DNA from: an uncultured Ruminococcus sp.
GTDB taxonomy: Bacteria > Bacillota > Clostridia > Oscillospirales > CAG-272
Direction: 5' to 3'
Assembly (NCBI GenBank): GCA_902795355.1
Contig: CADBKZ010000009.1
Coordinates: 352 to 64,351, forward strand
Length of the DNA: 64,000 nucleotides
Positions 44,307-55,055 of this stretch are shown here, in pieces. Positions within the stretch are counted from its first letter, which is position 1. Every line of letters starts with the position of its first letter. The notes under the pieces were generated by a model, which was not told where the DNA came from, searched no databases, and saw nothing but the letters and a program-made list of their open reading frames with translations. Position numbers and translations under genes: made by a program.

Positions 44307-45077
44307 ATGCAAATTATGAAAAAATCGGTATTTGTAACGGGCGCGACCAACGGTACGGGATATGCCGTTGCCGAGCGGTTTGCCAAAGAAGGATACGACG
44401 TTTTTATCGGAAGCCGCGAGGAAAGCCGCGCCGCCGAAGCCGCCGAAAAACTGCGGAAAACGCACCGCGTGTTCGCAAAAGGCTACGGAATGAAGGTGTT
44501 CGACGAGGCGGACGTCAACCGGATTTTCGACGACATCCGCGCAAGCGGGTATCTGCTCGACGCGCTGGTCTGCAACGCCGCAAACCTCGGCATCGGGCAG
44601 AAAACGCTGGAAGTGGATATAGCCGATTTCATGAACGTGATCAACACCAACATCGGGTGGAACTTCATGCTCGCGCGCGCCGCCGCCCGACAAATGAAAG
44701 AAAAGGGAAGCGGCTCGATCGTGTTCATCACGTCCAACACCGCCTATCGCGCCATTCCCGACCGCGCGGCCTATTCGGCGTCCAAAAGCGGGGTTCTCGG
44801 CATGGCGCGCGCGCTGGCGTTGGATCTCGGGAAATACGGCGTTCGCGTGAACAGCGTGCTTCCCGGAATGATCAAAACCGAGCGTTGGCAAAACAATTTC
44901 AACGATTGCCGCAACGCGCTTTCCAACCACACCCCTTTGGGTGACATTGCCGAGTTTGCGGACGTTGCCAACGCCGCCTATTTTCTGGGCGGCGACGAAT
45001 CGCGCAACTGCACGGGCGCGGAGCTGACCGTGGACGGCGGCAACATGATCCAACTGTATCCGATTCTGGAAAATTAA
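44307..45077 (+). CDS. SDR family oxidoreductase
   Basis: VFVTGATNGTGYAVA (TGxxxGxG), NAA, and YSASKSG (YxxxK). Confidence 0.85.
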   Translation: MQIMKKSVFVTGATNGTGYAVAERFAKEGYDVFIGSREESRAAEAAEKLRKTHRVFAKGYGMKVFDEADVNRIFDDIRASGYLLDALVCNAANLGIGQKTLEVDIADFMNVINTNIGWNFMLARAAARQMKEKGSGSIVFITSNTAYRAIPDRAAYSASKSGVLGMARALALDLGKYGVRVNSVLPGMIKTERWQNNFNDCRNALSNHTPLGDIAEFADVANAAYFLGGDESRNCTGAELTVDGGNMIQLYPILEN

Positions 45078-45082
45078 AGCAA

Positions 45083-45116
45083 GCGCGGCGTGTTTTTGTG
45101 ACACGTCGCGCTTTTT
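45083..45116. terminator. Terminator between the convergent SDR and nucleoside phosphorylase genes
   Basis: GCGCGGCGTGT-ttttgtg-ACACGTCGCGC followed by TTTTT. Confidence 0.7.
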
Positions 45117-45124
45117 CGCGCTTT

Positions 45125-45895
45125 TCAGGAGAGATGCAGAACCGCGTCAAAACAGAGTTTCAGAGCGAGCTCCGGCGAGTCGGAACCCCAATTCCGCTCG
45201 TCGTAATGTTCCGCGTCGGCCAAGGTGTCCGCGGTAAACAGAATCTCGCCCCAAACCGCGCCGCGCAGTTCCGCGCAGGCGGCGAGGGCCGAACATTCCA
45301 TTTCCACCACCGAACACCCCTCGCCAACGCGGTAGGCTACCTTTTCCCGCGTTTCGCGGAAGAACCCGTCGGTTGACCATGAAGTTACTTCCCGATAGCG
45401 CAATCCGTTTTCCCGCAAGGCCGCTTCTATGGCCGCGAGTGCGGCGCGATTGACGTTGATATAGCGGGCGGGGGCAAGGTAGTGGTAGGAGGTCCCTTCA
45501 TCCCGCAGGGCGCGGCAGGGAACCAGAAATACGTTTTCGGCTTCCTCGGTCAGAACGCCGCAGGAACCCGCGCTGACGATCTCCCGAACGCCGTGGCCGA
45601 TCAGCCAATCGAGGATCTGCGCGGACGGCGCGGCCCCAACGGGGGCTTGCGCAAGGCAGACCTTTTCCCCTCGGTATTCGGTGACGTAGATCGGGAACGT
45701 TTTGGTTGCCGAAACAAATTCCGCCGCTCTTTCGGCGCGGCGTTCGGCGGCGTAACGGTCGATCAGGTCGCCGAGAAACGCGAACACCGCCTTGCGGGGG
45801 AGAGAGATGTTCAGGTTTTCGTGCGTGGGCATGATTACGGCGGATTTGTCGTCGTCGTATTCCAGAATCGGAATTTCGTTTTTGATGATTCCCAT
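45125..45895 (-). CDS. Nucleoside phosphorylase family (PNP_UDP_1) protein
   Basis: Start MGIIKNEIPILEYDD. APVGAAPSAQILDWLIGHGVREIVSAGSCGVL and VEMECSALAA motifs. Confidence 0.7.
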   Translation of the reverse strand: MGIIKNEIPILEYDDDKSAVIMPTHENLNISLPRKAVFAFLGDLIDRYAAERRAERAAEFVSATKTFPIYVTEYRGEKVCLAQAPVGAAPSAQILDWLIGHGVREIVSAGSCGVLTEEAENVFLVPCRALRDEGTSYHYLAPARYINVNRAALAAIEAALRENGLRYREVTSWSTDGFFRETREKVAYRVGEGCSVVEMECSALAACAELRGAVWGEILFTADTLADAEHYDERNWGSDSPELALKLCFDAVLHLS

Positions 45896-46049
45896 AGGAC
45901 AGCTCCTTTTTGGAACCGACCGCCAAAAACGGTTGCAACCGAGCGGTTCCACGCGCTTCTTGCGGACGAGGATGGTATATCAATTATACCATATTTCCCC
46001 GCAGATTGCAACGCCCGTCGCCGATTTTTCGGATCCCGCGCCCTCTTCG

Positions 46050-47240
46050 CTAAATCCTGCCGAGAAACTCCGTTAGCCGGCGGGCTGCTTCCTCGGTGTC
46101 GCTCGGGTCTCCGAACGTGGAAAAGCGGAAATACCCCTCGCCGCACGCGCCGAACCCCGCTCCCGGGGTTCCCACCACCTGAATGCGGTTCAGGAGCAGG
46201 TCGAAAAACGCCCAACTGCCGATGCCGTTGGGGCATTGCATCCAGATGTACGGCGCGTTTCTGCCGCCGGTATACCAAACGCCAACCTGATCCAGCGCGC
46301 GCATCAGAACCTTTGCGTTGTTCTTGTAAACGCGGATGTTCTCCGCGATCTGCGCCTGCCCTTCCTCGGTGAACACGGCCGCGCCCCCTCTTTGAATCAC
46401 ATAGGAAACGCCGTTGGTTTTGGTGGTGCGGTTCCGGACCCACATGGCGTTCAGATTCATGCCGCACCGCTCCAGCTCTTTCGGAATTACGGTGTAGCCG
46501 AGCCGCGTTCCGGTAAATCCCGCGGTTTTGGAAAGGGAACAGACCTCAATGGCGCAGGTCCGCGCGCCGTCAATCTCGAAAATGCTGTGCGGGAGCCGAT
46601 CTTCCTCGATGAACGCTTCATACGCCGCGTCAAAGAGGATGATCGCCCCGCGGCGGTTGGCATAATCCACCCATGCCCGCAGCTGTTCCCGATCGAACAC
46701 CGCGCCGGTGGGGTTGTTGGGCGAGCAGAGGTAAATCAGGTCGGCTTCCAAATTATCGGTTGGCAGGGGCAGAAACCCGTTTTCTTTTCCCGAGGGCAAA
46801 CGGACAATGTTCCGGCCCGCCATGGCGTTTGCATCCGCGTAGGCGGGGTAGGCGGGTTCCATAATCAGCGCGGCGTTGCTTCGGTCAAACAGGTCGAGCA
46901 AATCGCCGAGTTCGTCGCTGGCTCCGCTGGAAACAAACACTTCGTCGGGGGAAAGGGCAACGCCGCGCTTTGCGTAGTGTTTTGCAACGGCTTCCCGCAA
47001 AAAGGGCGCGCCGCATTCGGGCAGATAGCCGCGGAACGTTTCCTTGCTTGCCTGATCGTCCGCCGCGGCGTGCAGGGCGCGGACAACCGCGGGGCAAAGC
47101 GGCAGGGAAACGTCGCCGATCCCCATGCGGTAGAGCCGTTTTTCCGGATGATTTTCCAGATACGCTTTGGTTTTTTTCGCGATTCCCGCGAACAGGTAGG
47201 AGTCTTTCAGTTCGGCATAATGCCGGTTCGGTATCAGCAT
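46050..47240 (-). CDS. dapL: LL-diaminopimelate aminotransferase
   Basis: MLIPNRHYAELKDSYLFAGIAKKTKAYLENHPEKRLYRMGIGDVSLPL and SLSKTAGFTGTRLGY (PLP lysine region). Confidence 0.85.
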   Translation of the reverse strand: MLIPNRHYAELKDSYLFAGIAKKTKAYLENHPEKRLYRMGIGDVSLPLCPAVVRALHAAADDQASKETFRGYLPECGAPFLREAVAKHYAKRGVALSPDEVFVSSGASDELGDLLDLFDRSNAALIMEPAYPAYADANAMAGRNIVRLPSGKENGFLPLPTDNLEADLIYLCSPNNPTGAVFDREQLRAWVDYANRRGAIILFDAAYEAFIEEDRLPHSIFEIDGARTCAIEVCSLSKTAGFTGTRLGYTVIPKELERCGMNLNAMWVRNRTTKTNGVSYVIQRGGAAVFTEEGQAQIAENIRVYKNNAKVLMRALDQVGVWYTGGRNAPYIWMQCPNGIGSWAFFDLLLNRIQVVGTPGAGFGACGEGYFRFSTFGDPSDTEEAARRLTEFLGRI

Positions 47241-48025
47241 ACGGTTTCTCCCTCGTAAACAAATTCGGCGGGGCCGGACATGGAAACGGTTCCGTCCGGC
47301 CGGATCGTAACGGTCAGCGTTCCGCCGTCGAGCAGGACCGAAACGGGAACGCCCGCGGGGAACAACCTGCGGTCAACCGCCGCGGCAACCGACGCGCAAG
47401 CGCCCGTTCCGCAGGCCATGGTAATTCCGCTTCCGCGCTCCCAAACGCGCATACGTAATTGATTTTCGCTTGTTTTTTGAACAAACTCCACATTAACGCC
47501 GTTGGGAAACGCGGGGTGATGTTCCAGCGCGGGGCCGAGCCGATCCACCGGCGCGGCTTCCGCGTTTTCCGAAAAGACGACCGCATGCGGGTTGCCGACC
47601 GAAACGGGGGTGCAAACCACGGTTTCCGCGCCGACGGTCAGCGAAACCGCCCGCCCGACCTCGACGAACCCCATTTCCACCGAAACGGCGCGGACCCGCT
47701 TGCCGAGCAGATGCAGTTTCAGCGAACGCATGCCGGAGCGGGTCTCGATGCGCAGGTTCGTTTGGTCGGTGTAGCCCTTTTCATACACATATTTTCCAAC
47801 GCAGCGGATCCCGTTGCCGCACATCATGGCCTCGCTGCCGTCGGCGTTGAAAATCCGCATTCCGAAATCGGCCGCGTCGGACGGCGAAATGAAGATCATT
47901 CCGTCCGCCCCCGCGCCGAAATGGCGGTCGGAGAGCTTTCGGGAAAGCTCGGCAACGTTTTCGGGTGGCTCCCCGTAAACATATAAATAATCGTTTCCCA
48001 AGCCCTGCATTTTGGTAAAGCGCAT
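47234..48025 (-). CDS. dapF: Diaminopimelate epimerase
   Basis: MRFTKMQGLGNDYLYV. Catalytic Cys motifs MCGNGIRC and MACGTGACA. Confidence 0.92.
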   Translation of the reverse strand: MRFTKMQGLGNDYLYVYGEPPENVAELSRKLSDRHFGAGADGMIFISPSDAADFGMRIFNADGSEAMMCGNGIRCVGKYVYEKGYTDQTNLRIETRSGMRSLKLHLLGKRVRAVSVEMGFVEVGRAVSLTVGAETVVCTPVSVGNPHAVVFSENAEAAPVDRLGPALEHHPAFPNGVNVEFVQKTSENQLRMRVWERGSGITMACGTGACASVAAAVDRRLFPAGVPVSVLLDGGTLTVTIRPDGTVSMSGPAEFVYEGETVC

Positions 48026-48039
48026 GGCATTTTTCTCCT

Positions 48040-49497
48040 TTAACAGGTTGTGCGCGGCGGCGCAGTTGGATCTTGCTTTGATTTTGAAAGCGATAACTTT
48101 TGCTCAAAACGGTCTTTGCGCGTGTCGGTCGGGATTTTCGTAGGATAATCCCCGTTAAAGCATGCGCAGCAGTAACCGCCGTTTTCGGCAAGGTCGGCAA
48201 GGTTTTTCAAGGGCAGATACCCGAGCGAATCCGCGCCGATCGTTTTTGCGATCTCTTCATTGGTATGGCGGCAGGCGATCAGGTTTTCTTCGGAATCAAT
48301 GTCGGTTCCGTAATAGCAGGGGTGCAGGAACGGGGGTGAGGAGACCCGAACATGGACCTCTTTCGCGCCCGCTTCCCGCAGGAGCTTTACCACAAGCCCC
48401 ATCGTGTTGCCCCGCACAATCGAATCATCCACCAATACCACGCGTTTTCCCCGCACGCTTTCTTCCACGGCGGAGAGTTTGAGGCGAACGCTGTCGATCC
48501 GTTCGGTGGGGGCGGGGGCAATGAACGTGCGGCCGATGTATTTGTTTTTGATCAGCCCGATGCTGTAAGGAATTTTTGACTCGCGGCTGAAACCGAGCGC
48601 GGCGTCCAACCCCGAATCGGGCGCGCCGATCACCACATCGGCGTTCGCGGGACGCGCTTTTGCCAGTAATTCCCCCGCGCGGACACGCGAAGCCTGCACG
48701 GAAACGCCGTCGATCACCGAATCGGGCCGCGCAAAATAGATGTATTCAAATATACACAGCTTCTTTTCCCGTTTTTGGCAATGATCGCGGTTTGAAATAA
48801 TCCCGTCCCTGCCGAATACCAGAATTTCCCCCGGCTCAACATCCCGGATCGGCTCCGCGCCCACCGCGCGGAGCGCGCAGGATTCGGACGCGACCGCATA
48901 CACGCCGGACGGCGTTTTTCCGAAGCAAAGCGGGCGGAATCCATGGGGATCGCGGGCGCAGATCAGCTTTTGCGCCGACATCAGAATCAGGGAATACGCG
49001 CCGTCAAGGGTGTTCATGGCGCGATTCAACGCTTCCTCAATCGAGGGCGCTTTCAAGCGTTCCTTGGTGATGATATAGGCAATGGTTTCGGTGTCGCTCG
49101 TGGTGTGGAAGATGGCTCCGGAAAGTTCCAATTCGTTCCGCAACTCGGCGGCGTTGGAGAGATTGCCGTTATGCGCCAACGCCATGCGCCCTTTCTGATG
49201 GTTGACCTCGATGGGCTGGCAATTGCTGCGGTGATTGCCACCCGTAGTCCCGTAGCGCACGTGGCCGACCGCCATTTTCCCGCAGGGCATGCGGGAAAGC
49301 CGCTCTGCGGAAAAAACGTCGCCGACCAAGCCGAGATCCTTATGGGAAACGAACACACCGTCGTCGTTCACAACAATTCCGCAGCTCTCCTGTCCCCGAT
49401 GCTGCAACGCATAAAGGCCGTAATAGCAAATTCCCGCAACGTTCGTCTGCTTCGGCGCGATCACGCCGAAAACGCCGCATTCTTCATGAAGATCCAT
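48040..49497 (-). CDS. purF: Amidophosphoribosyltransferase
   Basis: MDLHEECGVFGV (processed Cys nucleophile), PRPP loop VVLVDDSIVRGNT, C-terminal Fe-S cysteines. Confidence 0.92.
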   Translation of the reverse strand: MDLHEECGVFGVIAPKQTNVAGICYYGLYALQHRGQESCGIVVNDDGVFVSHKDLGLVGDVFSAERLSRMPCGKMAVGHVRYGTTGGNHRSNCQPIEVNHQKGRMALAHNGNLSNAAELRNELELSGAIFHTTSDTETIAYIITKERLKAPSIEEALNRAMNTLDGAYSLILMSAQKLICARDPHGFRPLCFGKTPSGVYAVASESCALRAVGAEPIRDVEPGEILVFGRDGIISNRDHCQKREKKLCIFEYIYFARPDSVIDGVSVQASRVRAGELLAKARPANADVVIGAPDSGLDAALGFSRESKIPYSIGLIKNKYIGRTFIAPAPTERIDSVRLKLSAVEESVRGKRVVLVDDSIVRGNTMGLVVKLLREAGAKEVHVRVSSPPFLHPCYYGTDIDSEENLIACRHTNEEIAKTIGADSLGYLPLKNLADLAENGGYCCACFNGDYPTKIPTDTRKDRFEQKLSLSKSKQDPTAPPRTTC

Positions 49498-49527
49498 GTC
49501 GCCGCTTTCTCTCCTTGCGTTTTCCGT

Positions 49528-51111
49528 TTATTTCCCGCTGTTTCCGTAGTTGGAAAGCACGCGGGCGGACGGGTCGTTGACGTCGCATCCCTTCCACGCG
49601 CGGTTCGGCATCCAGAAATCCGCGATCATTTCCGATTGGGAAGGATAGTATTTTTCAAAGAGCTCGCGGTAGAGCAGGGATTCTTTGGTAAACGGGCGCG
49701 CATGGCCGAATTTCAACACACGCTCCGCAAATTCCGCGTCGGTATAAAGGCTTTCGGCGTATTGTTTCAGGTCGTCCACCATGGAGTGCCCCACCGCGTC
49801 TGAAAACGCGGCCTTTTCGCGCCAGAGGATGGCGTCCGGCAGGTACCCAAGCCCCTCGAACGCGTGGCGGAGCAGGTATTTTCCCATGCCGTAGCGGTTC
49901 ATTTTCTTTTCGGGGTCGACCGACATCACATAGCGGACAAAATCGAGGTCCCCGAACGGTACGCGGGCTTCCAGCGAATTGACCGAAATGCAACGGTCGG
50001 CGCGCAGAACGTCATACAGGTGCAATTCCCGCACGCGTTTGACCGATTCGGCCTGAAACGCCTCGGCGGACGGGGCAAAATCGGTGTATTTATAGCCGAA
50101 CAGTTCGTCCGAAATCTCCCCCGTCAGCAAAACGCGGATGTCGGCGGTTTCGTGAATGGCCTTGCAAACCAAGTACATTCCCATGCTTGCGCGGATCGTG
50201 GTAATATCATAGGTGCCGAGCAGGGCGACGACCGTTTCCAACGAGGACAGGACGTCCTCGCGGGTCATATAAACCTCGGTATGCTCGCTTCCGATGTAAT
50301 CCGCAACCTGTCGCGCGTATTTCAGGTCGATGGCGTCCCGATCCATGCCGATGGCAAAGGTGCGGATGGGCGTTTTGCTCTCCCGCGCGGCAATGGCGCA
50401 AACGAGCGAGGAATCCAACCCGCCCGAGAGCAGAAAGCCGACCTTTGCGTCGGAAACCAGCCGTTTTCTGACGCCCGCGATCAGCTTTTCGCGAATGTTG
50501 CGGCAAACCGTTTCAACGTCGTCGCGGCAGACGGACGGCACGGCGGTAATGTCGCAATAGCGGGTGAATCGCCCGTTTTTCCAATAGCATCCCGGGGGGA
50601 ACGGCAGAATTTCGGGGCAAAGACCCACCAGATTTTTCGCCTCGCTCGCAAACAGGATCACGCCGGCGGCGTCGTACCCGTAATAGAGCGGGCGGATGCC
50701 GATGGGGTCGCGCGCGGCGATGTATTCGCGCGTTCTGCCGTCGTAGATCACGCAGGCGAACTCCGCGTCGAGCAGGGAGAACATTTCCGTTCCGTATTCC
50801 AACCAGAGCGGCAGGAGAATTTCGCAGTCCGAATCGCTCGAAAACCGATACCCCTTTGCCGCGAGCGCGGCTTTTTGTTTTTCAAATCCGTATAACTCGC
50901 CGTTGCAGACCGCATAGCACCCGTTGCAGGCGAACGGCTGCATGCCCGCGTCGGTCAACCCCATAATGGCAAGGCGGTGGAAGCCGAGCAGGCCGTTGCC
51001 CGTATCGACCACGCGCGAGGCGTCCGGCCCGCGCGATTTCGTTTTTTCAAAGCCCGCGCGGAACCGCTCGGGGTCGCCGCACTTGCCGCAATAACCCATA
51101 ATGGAACACAT
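49528..51111 (-). CDS. asnB: Asparagine synthase (glutamine-hydrolysing)
   Basis: MCSIMGY (Cys2) and PP-loop LLSGGLDSSLV. Confidence 0.88.
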   Translation of the reverse strand: MCSIMGYCGKCGDPERFRAGFEKTKSRGPDASRVVDTGNGLLGFHRLAIMGLTDAGMQPFACNGCYAVCNGELYGFEKQKAALAAKGYRFSSDSDCEILLPLWLEYGTEMFSLLDAEFACVIYDGRTREYIAARDPIGIRPLYYGYDAAGVILFASEAKNLVGLCPEILPFPPGCYWKNGRFTRYCDITAVPSVCRDDVETVCRNIREKLIAGVRKRLVSDAKVGFLLSGGLDSSLVCAIAARESKTPIRTFAIGMDRDAIDLKYARQVADYIGSEHTEVYMTREDVLSSLETVVALLGTYDITTIRASMGMYLVCKAIHETADIRVLLTGEISDELFGYKYTDFAPSAEAFQAESVKRVRELHLYDVLRADRCISVNSLEARVPFGDLDFVRYVMSVDPEKKMNRYGMGKYLLRHAFEGLGYLPDAILWREKAAFSDAVGHSMVDDLKQYAESLYTDAEFAERVLKFGHARPFTKESLLYRELFEKYYPSQSEMIADFWMPNRAWKGCDVNDPSARVLSNYGNSGK

Positions 51112-51144
51112 ACCGTAACTCCCGATTTTTTCCTTGTTGATTCG

Positions 51145-52869
51145 TTATTCGTTGTCCTGCAAGGCGTCGAAGCCCTCTTCGCCCGTGCGGACCCTGACAA
51201 CGTTCTCCACATCGTAAACGAAGATCTTTCCGTCCCCGATGTGGCCTGTCCAAAGCGCCCTTTTTGCCGTTTCGATCACCTCGCGGACGGGAATTTTGCT
51301 AACCACAATGTCCACCTGCACCTTGGGAAGCAGGTTGGTTTCCACGGCGACGCCGCGGTAGTATTCCGGCTTTCCTTTCTGCTGGCCGTAGCCCATAACA
51401 TGGGAAACGGTCATGCCCGTAATGCCGAGGGCCGCCATTGCGTCTTTGAGCGCGTAGAGCCGTTCTTCTTTGCAAACGATTTCCACTTTGGTGAACTTTT
51501 CGCCGCCATCGGAAAAAGCGGGCATTTTCCGAACGGGAATCGCCTCGGCTGGCGGAACGCTGCCAACGGCCGCCGCCGGCATTTCCGAGGCGGAAAAGCC
51601 TTCGTAGGCAACGGTGGACGGCGCAAAATCGGCGTAGGCGTTCGGAAGGCCGTGCTCGGTCACATCCAGACCGCGGATCTCTTCCTCGGGCGAAACGCGC
51701 AGACCGTTCGTCTTTTTGATCAGCAGGAAGCAAAGAATCATCATAACCGCGGCATAGGCGGCAACCGCCGCAAAGCCGAGCATTTGCAGGCCGAGCTGCC
51801 GGAAGCTGCCCGTATAGAACAGCCCCGAGAGGCCCGCGGGCGCGTTGGGGTTGGCGAGCAAACCGACCGCAACGGTTCCCCAAACGCCGTTCGCCATGTG
51901 AACGCCCACCGCGCCGACGGGGTCGTCGATGTGCAGTTTCAGGTCGAGCAGTTCCACAACCGCAACCACGAGGATTCCCGAAACAATGCCCACGACCGTC
52001 GCGCCGATTGCGTCGAGCGCGTCACAGCCCGCCGTAATGCCCACCAACCCCGCAAGGCAGGCGTTGATGCACATGGAAACATCGGGTTTTCCGTTCCGGA
52101 CCCATGTAAAGATCATGGTGGTGCAGGTTGCCACCGCGGGGGCGATGGTGGTGGTCATAAAGATGGACGCCAGCTCCGAAGCGGTTGTTGCGGCGGCTCC
52201 GTTAAAGCCGTACCAGCCGAACCACAGAATGAACGCGCCCAAAGCGCCCAGCGGAATGGAATGCCCCTGAATGGCGTTGACTTTGACGACCTTTCCGCTC
52301 GCGTCGCGCACATACTTGCCGATGCGGGGACCGACCATAATCGCCCCGATCAGGGCCGCAATGCCGCCCACCATATGAATGGCGGTGGAACCGGCATAGT
52401 CGTGGAAGCCGAGCTGCGAAAGCCAGCCGCCGCCCCAGATCCAGTGCGCCTCGATGGGGTAGACCACCAAGGAGATCACGCCCGAATAGATGCAGTAAGA
52501 GGAGAATTTGGTGCGCTCCGCCATGGACCCCGAAACAATGGTTGCCGCCGTTGCGCAGAACACAAGGTTGAACACGAACGTGGAAGCGCCCGTGAACCCT
52601 TCGAGAGGAGAAGCGATGAACTCCTTGAAATGGGCAAAGAGGTCGAGGTTCGGAATCCCGATCAGCCCCGCCAAAGCGTCCTCGCCCATCATCAGCCCGT
52701 AGCCGAGCAGGGAGAACACCACCGTTCCGATGCAGAAATCCATCAGATTCTTCATAATGATGTTTCCCGCGTTCTTCGCGCGGGTAAAGCCCGTTTCCAC
52801 CATGGCAAAGCCCGCCTGCATGAAGAAAACGAGCGCCGCGCCGATCAGATACCAAAATTCAATGGACAT
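51145..52869 (-). CDS. amt: Ammonium transporter fused to a C-terminal P-II (GlnB/GlnK) domain
   Basis: N-terminal Amt (FFMQAGFAMVETGF, 11 TM helices). C-terminal about 115 aa KVEIVCKEERLYALKDAMAALGITGMTVSHVMGYGQQKGKPEYYRG...GDGKIFVYDVE is P-II with a T-loop. Confidence 0.88.
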   Translation of the reverse strand: MSIEFWYLIGAALVFFMQAGFAMVETGFTRAKNAGNIIMKNLMDFCIGTVVFSLLGYGLMMGEDALAGLIGIPNLDLFAHFKEFIASPLEGFTGASTFVFNLVFCATAATIVSGSMAERTKFSSYCIYSGVISLVVYPIEAHWIWGGGWLSQLGFHDYAGSTAIHMVGGIAALIGAIMVGPRIGKYVRDASGKVVKVNAIQGHSIPLGALGAFILWFGWYGFNGAAATTASELASIFMTTTIAPAVATCTTMIFTWVRNGKPDVSMCINACLAGLVGITAGCDALDAIGATVVGIVSGILVVAVVELLDLKLHIDDPVGAVGVHMANGVWGTVAVGLLANPNAPAGLSGLFYTGSFRQLGLQMLGFAAVAAYAAVMMILCFLLIKKTNGLRVSPEEEIRGLDVTEHGLPNAYADFAPSTVAYEGFSASEMPAAAVGSVPPAEAIPVRKMPAFSDGGEKFTKVEIVCKEERLYALKDAMAALGITGMTVSHVMGYGQQKGKPEYYRGVAVETNLLPKVQVDIVVSKIPVREVIETAKRALWTGHIGDGKIFVYDVENVVRVRTGEEGFDALQDNE

Positions 52870-52900
52870 AAAGTATCACCTGATTTCTTTTTTTGTTTTT

Positions 52901-54997
52901 TCAGCGAACGCCGAAGAGCAGGTCGCCGTAGGTCGGGAAAGGCCAATGGGTTTCCGCGGTTTCCAGCTCCGCCGCGTCGCAAACGACCCGTAAACGACCC
53001 ATGGCGGGCAAGAGCGTATCGCGGATCTCGCAGGACTCCGGAAGAACGTCCGGAATATCCTTGATTTTAAGAATTACGGATTCCAATTCCGCGGTTGCCG
53101 AAGCAATGCCGTCCGCCAGCGCGGAGAGCTTCCGAGCGGTTTCGGTTTCGTACCCGCAGGGCAGATCCGCGCCGACCGATTTCTTCCGCGCAACGGCCTC
53201 GGTCAGCTCGGCAACATAAGCGGTTACGGCGGGCAAAATCTGTTTTTTCGCCATATCCGCCATGGTGCGCGCCTCAATCAGAACGGTTTTGCAGTAGTTT
53301 TCCAGCTGAATTTCGTATCTGGATTTCAGCTCGGCCTCGGAGAACACCTTGTGTTCCGTCAGCATTTTCACGTTCTTTGCGTCGAGCAGGTGCGGAATGC
53401 AATCGGGCGTGGTGCGGTAGTTGCAAAGGCCGCGCGCCTCGGTGGCTTCCTTGATCCACGCGTCGTCGTAGCCGTTGCCGTTGAAAATGATGCGTTTGTG
53501 CGCTTGGATCGTCGAACGGATCAGCCGGTGCAGCGCGGTTTGGAAATCGGACGCTTTTTCCAGCTCGTCGGCATAGAGCTTCAACGACTCCGCAACGGCG
53601 GAATTGAGCATGATGTTGGCGCAGGCAATGCTGTTGGAAGAGCCGAGCATGCGGAACTCGAACTTGTTGCCCGTAAAGGCGAAGGGCGAGGTGCGGTTGC
53701 GGTCGGTGGCGTCGCGGTTGAATTTCGGCAGCACGTCGGCCCCGAGCTTCATGGTCGTTTTCGCGGCCCCGCGGTACGGCGCGTCGGCCTCGATCGCTTC
53801 CAGCACCGCGTTCAGCTCGTCGCCGAGGAAGATCGAAATTACGGCGGGGGGCGCTTCGTTCGCGCCGAGGCGGTGGTCGTTCCCCGCGGTCGCAACCGAA
53901 ATGCGGAGCAGGTCCTGATAGTCGTCCACGGCTTGGATCACCGCGCAGAGGAAGAGCAGGAACTGCGCGTTTTCATGGGGCGTTTCCCCGGGGGAAAGCA
54001 GGTTTTGTCCCGCGTCCGTCGCGATGGACCAGTTGTTGTGCTTTCCGCTCCCGTTTACGCCCGCAAACGGCTTTTCATGGAGCAGGCAGACCAGCCCGTG
54101 GCGCGCGGCGACCTTCTGCATCATCTCCATGGTCAGTTGGTTGTGGTCGGTGGCAATGTTGGTGGTGGAATAAATGGGAGCCAGCTCGTGCTGCGCGGGA
54201 GCGACCTCGTTGTGTTCGGTTTTGGCGAGGATCCCGAGCTTCCAGAGTTCCTCGTTCAGCTCTTCCATGTAGGCGGCAACGCGGGGCTTGATCGCGCCGA
54301 AGTAATGGTCGTCCATCTCCTGCCCTTTGGGCGGCTTTGCGCCGAAGAGCGTGCGGCCGGTGTAAATCAGATCCTTCCGCTTGTTATAAAGCTCGCGGTC
54401 GATCAGGAAGTATTCCTGCTCCGGCCCCACCGAGCTGGTCACGCGCTTGACCGAGGTGTTTCCGAACAGCCGCAGAACGCGGAGCGCCTGCACGTTGAGC
54501 GCTTCCATGGAGCGGAGCAGGGGCGTTTTCTTATCGAGCGCCTCGCCGCCGTAGGAGCAGAACGCCGTTGGAATGCAGAGCGTTTTTCCTTTGATAAACG
54601 CATACGAGGTGGGGTCCCAAGCGGTGTAGCCGCGCGCTTCAAAGGTTGCGCGCAGGCCGCCCGAGGGGAACGACGACGCGTCCGGCTCGCCTTTGATCAG
54701 CTCTTTACCCGAAAACTCCATAATCACGCCGCCGTCGGGTGCGGGAGAAATGAAGCTGTCGTGCTTCTCGGCGGTCACGCCCGTGAGCGGCTGGAACCAA
54801 TGGGTAAAATGCGTGGCCCCCCGTTCCACCGCCCAATCGCGCATAGCGGCCGCCACTGCGTTTGCAACCGTCGGGTCAAGCTCCTTGCCCTCGTCGATCG
54901 TTTTTTTCAACGATTGGTAGACCTTTGCCGAAAGTGTCGCTTTCATAACGCGGTCGTCAAATACCATACTGCCGAATGTTTTTGTAACGCTTTCCAT
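52901..54997 (-). CDS. glnN: Glutamine synthetase type III
   Basis: 698 aa. N-terminus [24 protein letters not shown] and a length typical of [15 protein letters not shown] motif. Confidence 0.88.
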   Translation of the reverse strand: MESVTKTFGSMVFDDRVMKATLSAKVYQSLKKTIDEGKELDPTVANAVAAAMRDWAVERGATHFTHWFQPLTGVTAEKHDSFISPAPDGGVIMEFSGKELIKGEPDASSFPSGGLRATFEARGYTAWDPTSYAFIKGKTLCIPTAFCSYGGEALDKKTPLLRSMEALNVQALRVLRLFGNTSVKRVTSSVGPEQEYFLIDRELYNKRKDLIYTGRTLFGAKPPKGQEMDDHYFGAIKPRVAAYMEELNEELWKLGILAKTEHNEVAPAQHELAPIYSTTNIATDHNQLTMEMMQKVAARHGLVCLLHEKPFAGVNGSGKHNNWSIATDAGQNLLSPGETPHENAQFLLFLCAVIQAVDDYQDLLRISVATAGNDHRLGANEAPPAVISIFLGDELNAVLEAIEADAPYRGAAKTTMKLGADVLPKFNRDATDRNRTSPFAFTGNKFEFRMLGSSNSIACANIMLNSAVAESLKLYADELEKASDFQTALHRLIRSTIQAHKRIIFNGNGYDDAWIKEATEARGLCNYRTTPDCIPHLLDAKNVKMLTEHKVFSEAELKSRYEIQLENYCKTVLIEARTMADMAKKQILPAVTAYVAELTEAVARKKSVGADLPCGYETETARKLSALADGIASATAELESVILKIKDIPDVLPESCEIRDTLLPAMGRLRVVCDAAELETAETHWPFPTYGDLLFGVR

Positions 54998-55013
54998 TTT
55001 CCAATCTCCTTTT

Positions 55014-55055
55014 TTGAAAAAATAAGACGCCTTTCCCTTGCGGAAAAGACGTCTT
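55014..55055 (-). terminator. Leader terminator immediately upstream of the glnN RBS
   Basis: Minus strand: AAGACGUCUUUUCC-GCAA-GGGAAAGGCGUCUU (14 bp, two G-U), then AUUUUUU, followed by AAGGAG and the ATG. Confidence 0.75.
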
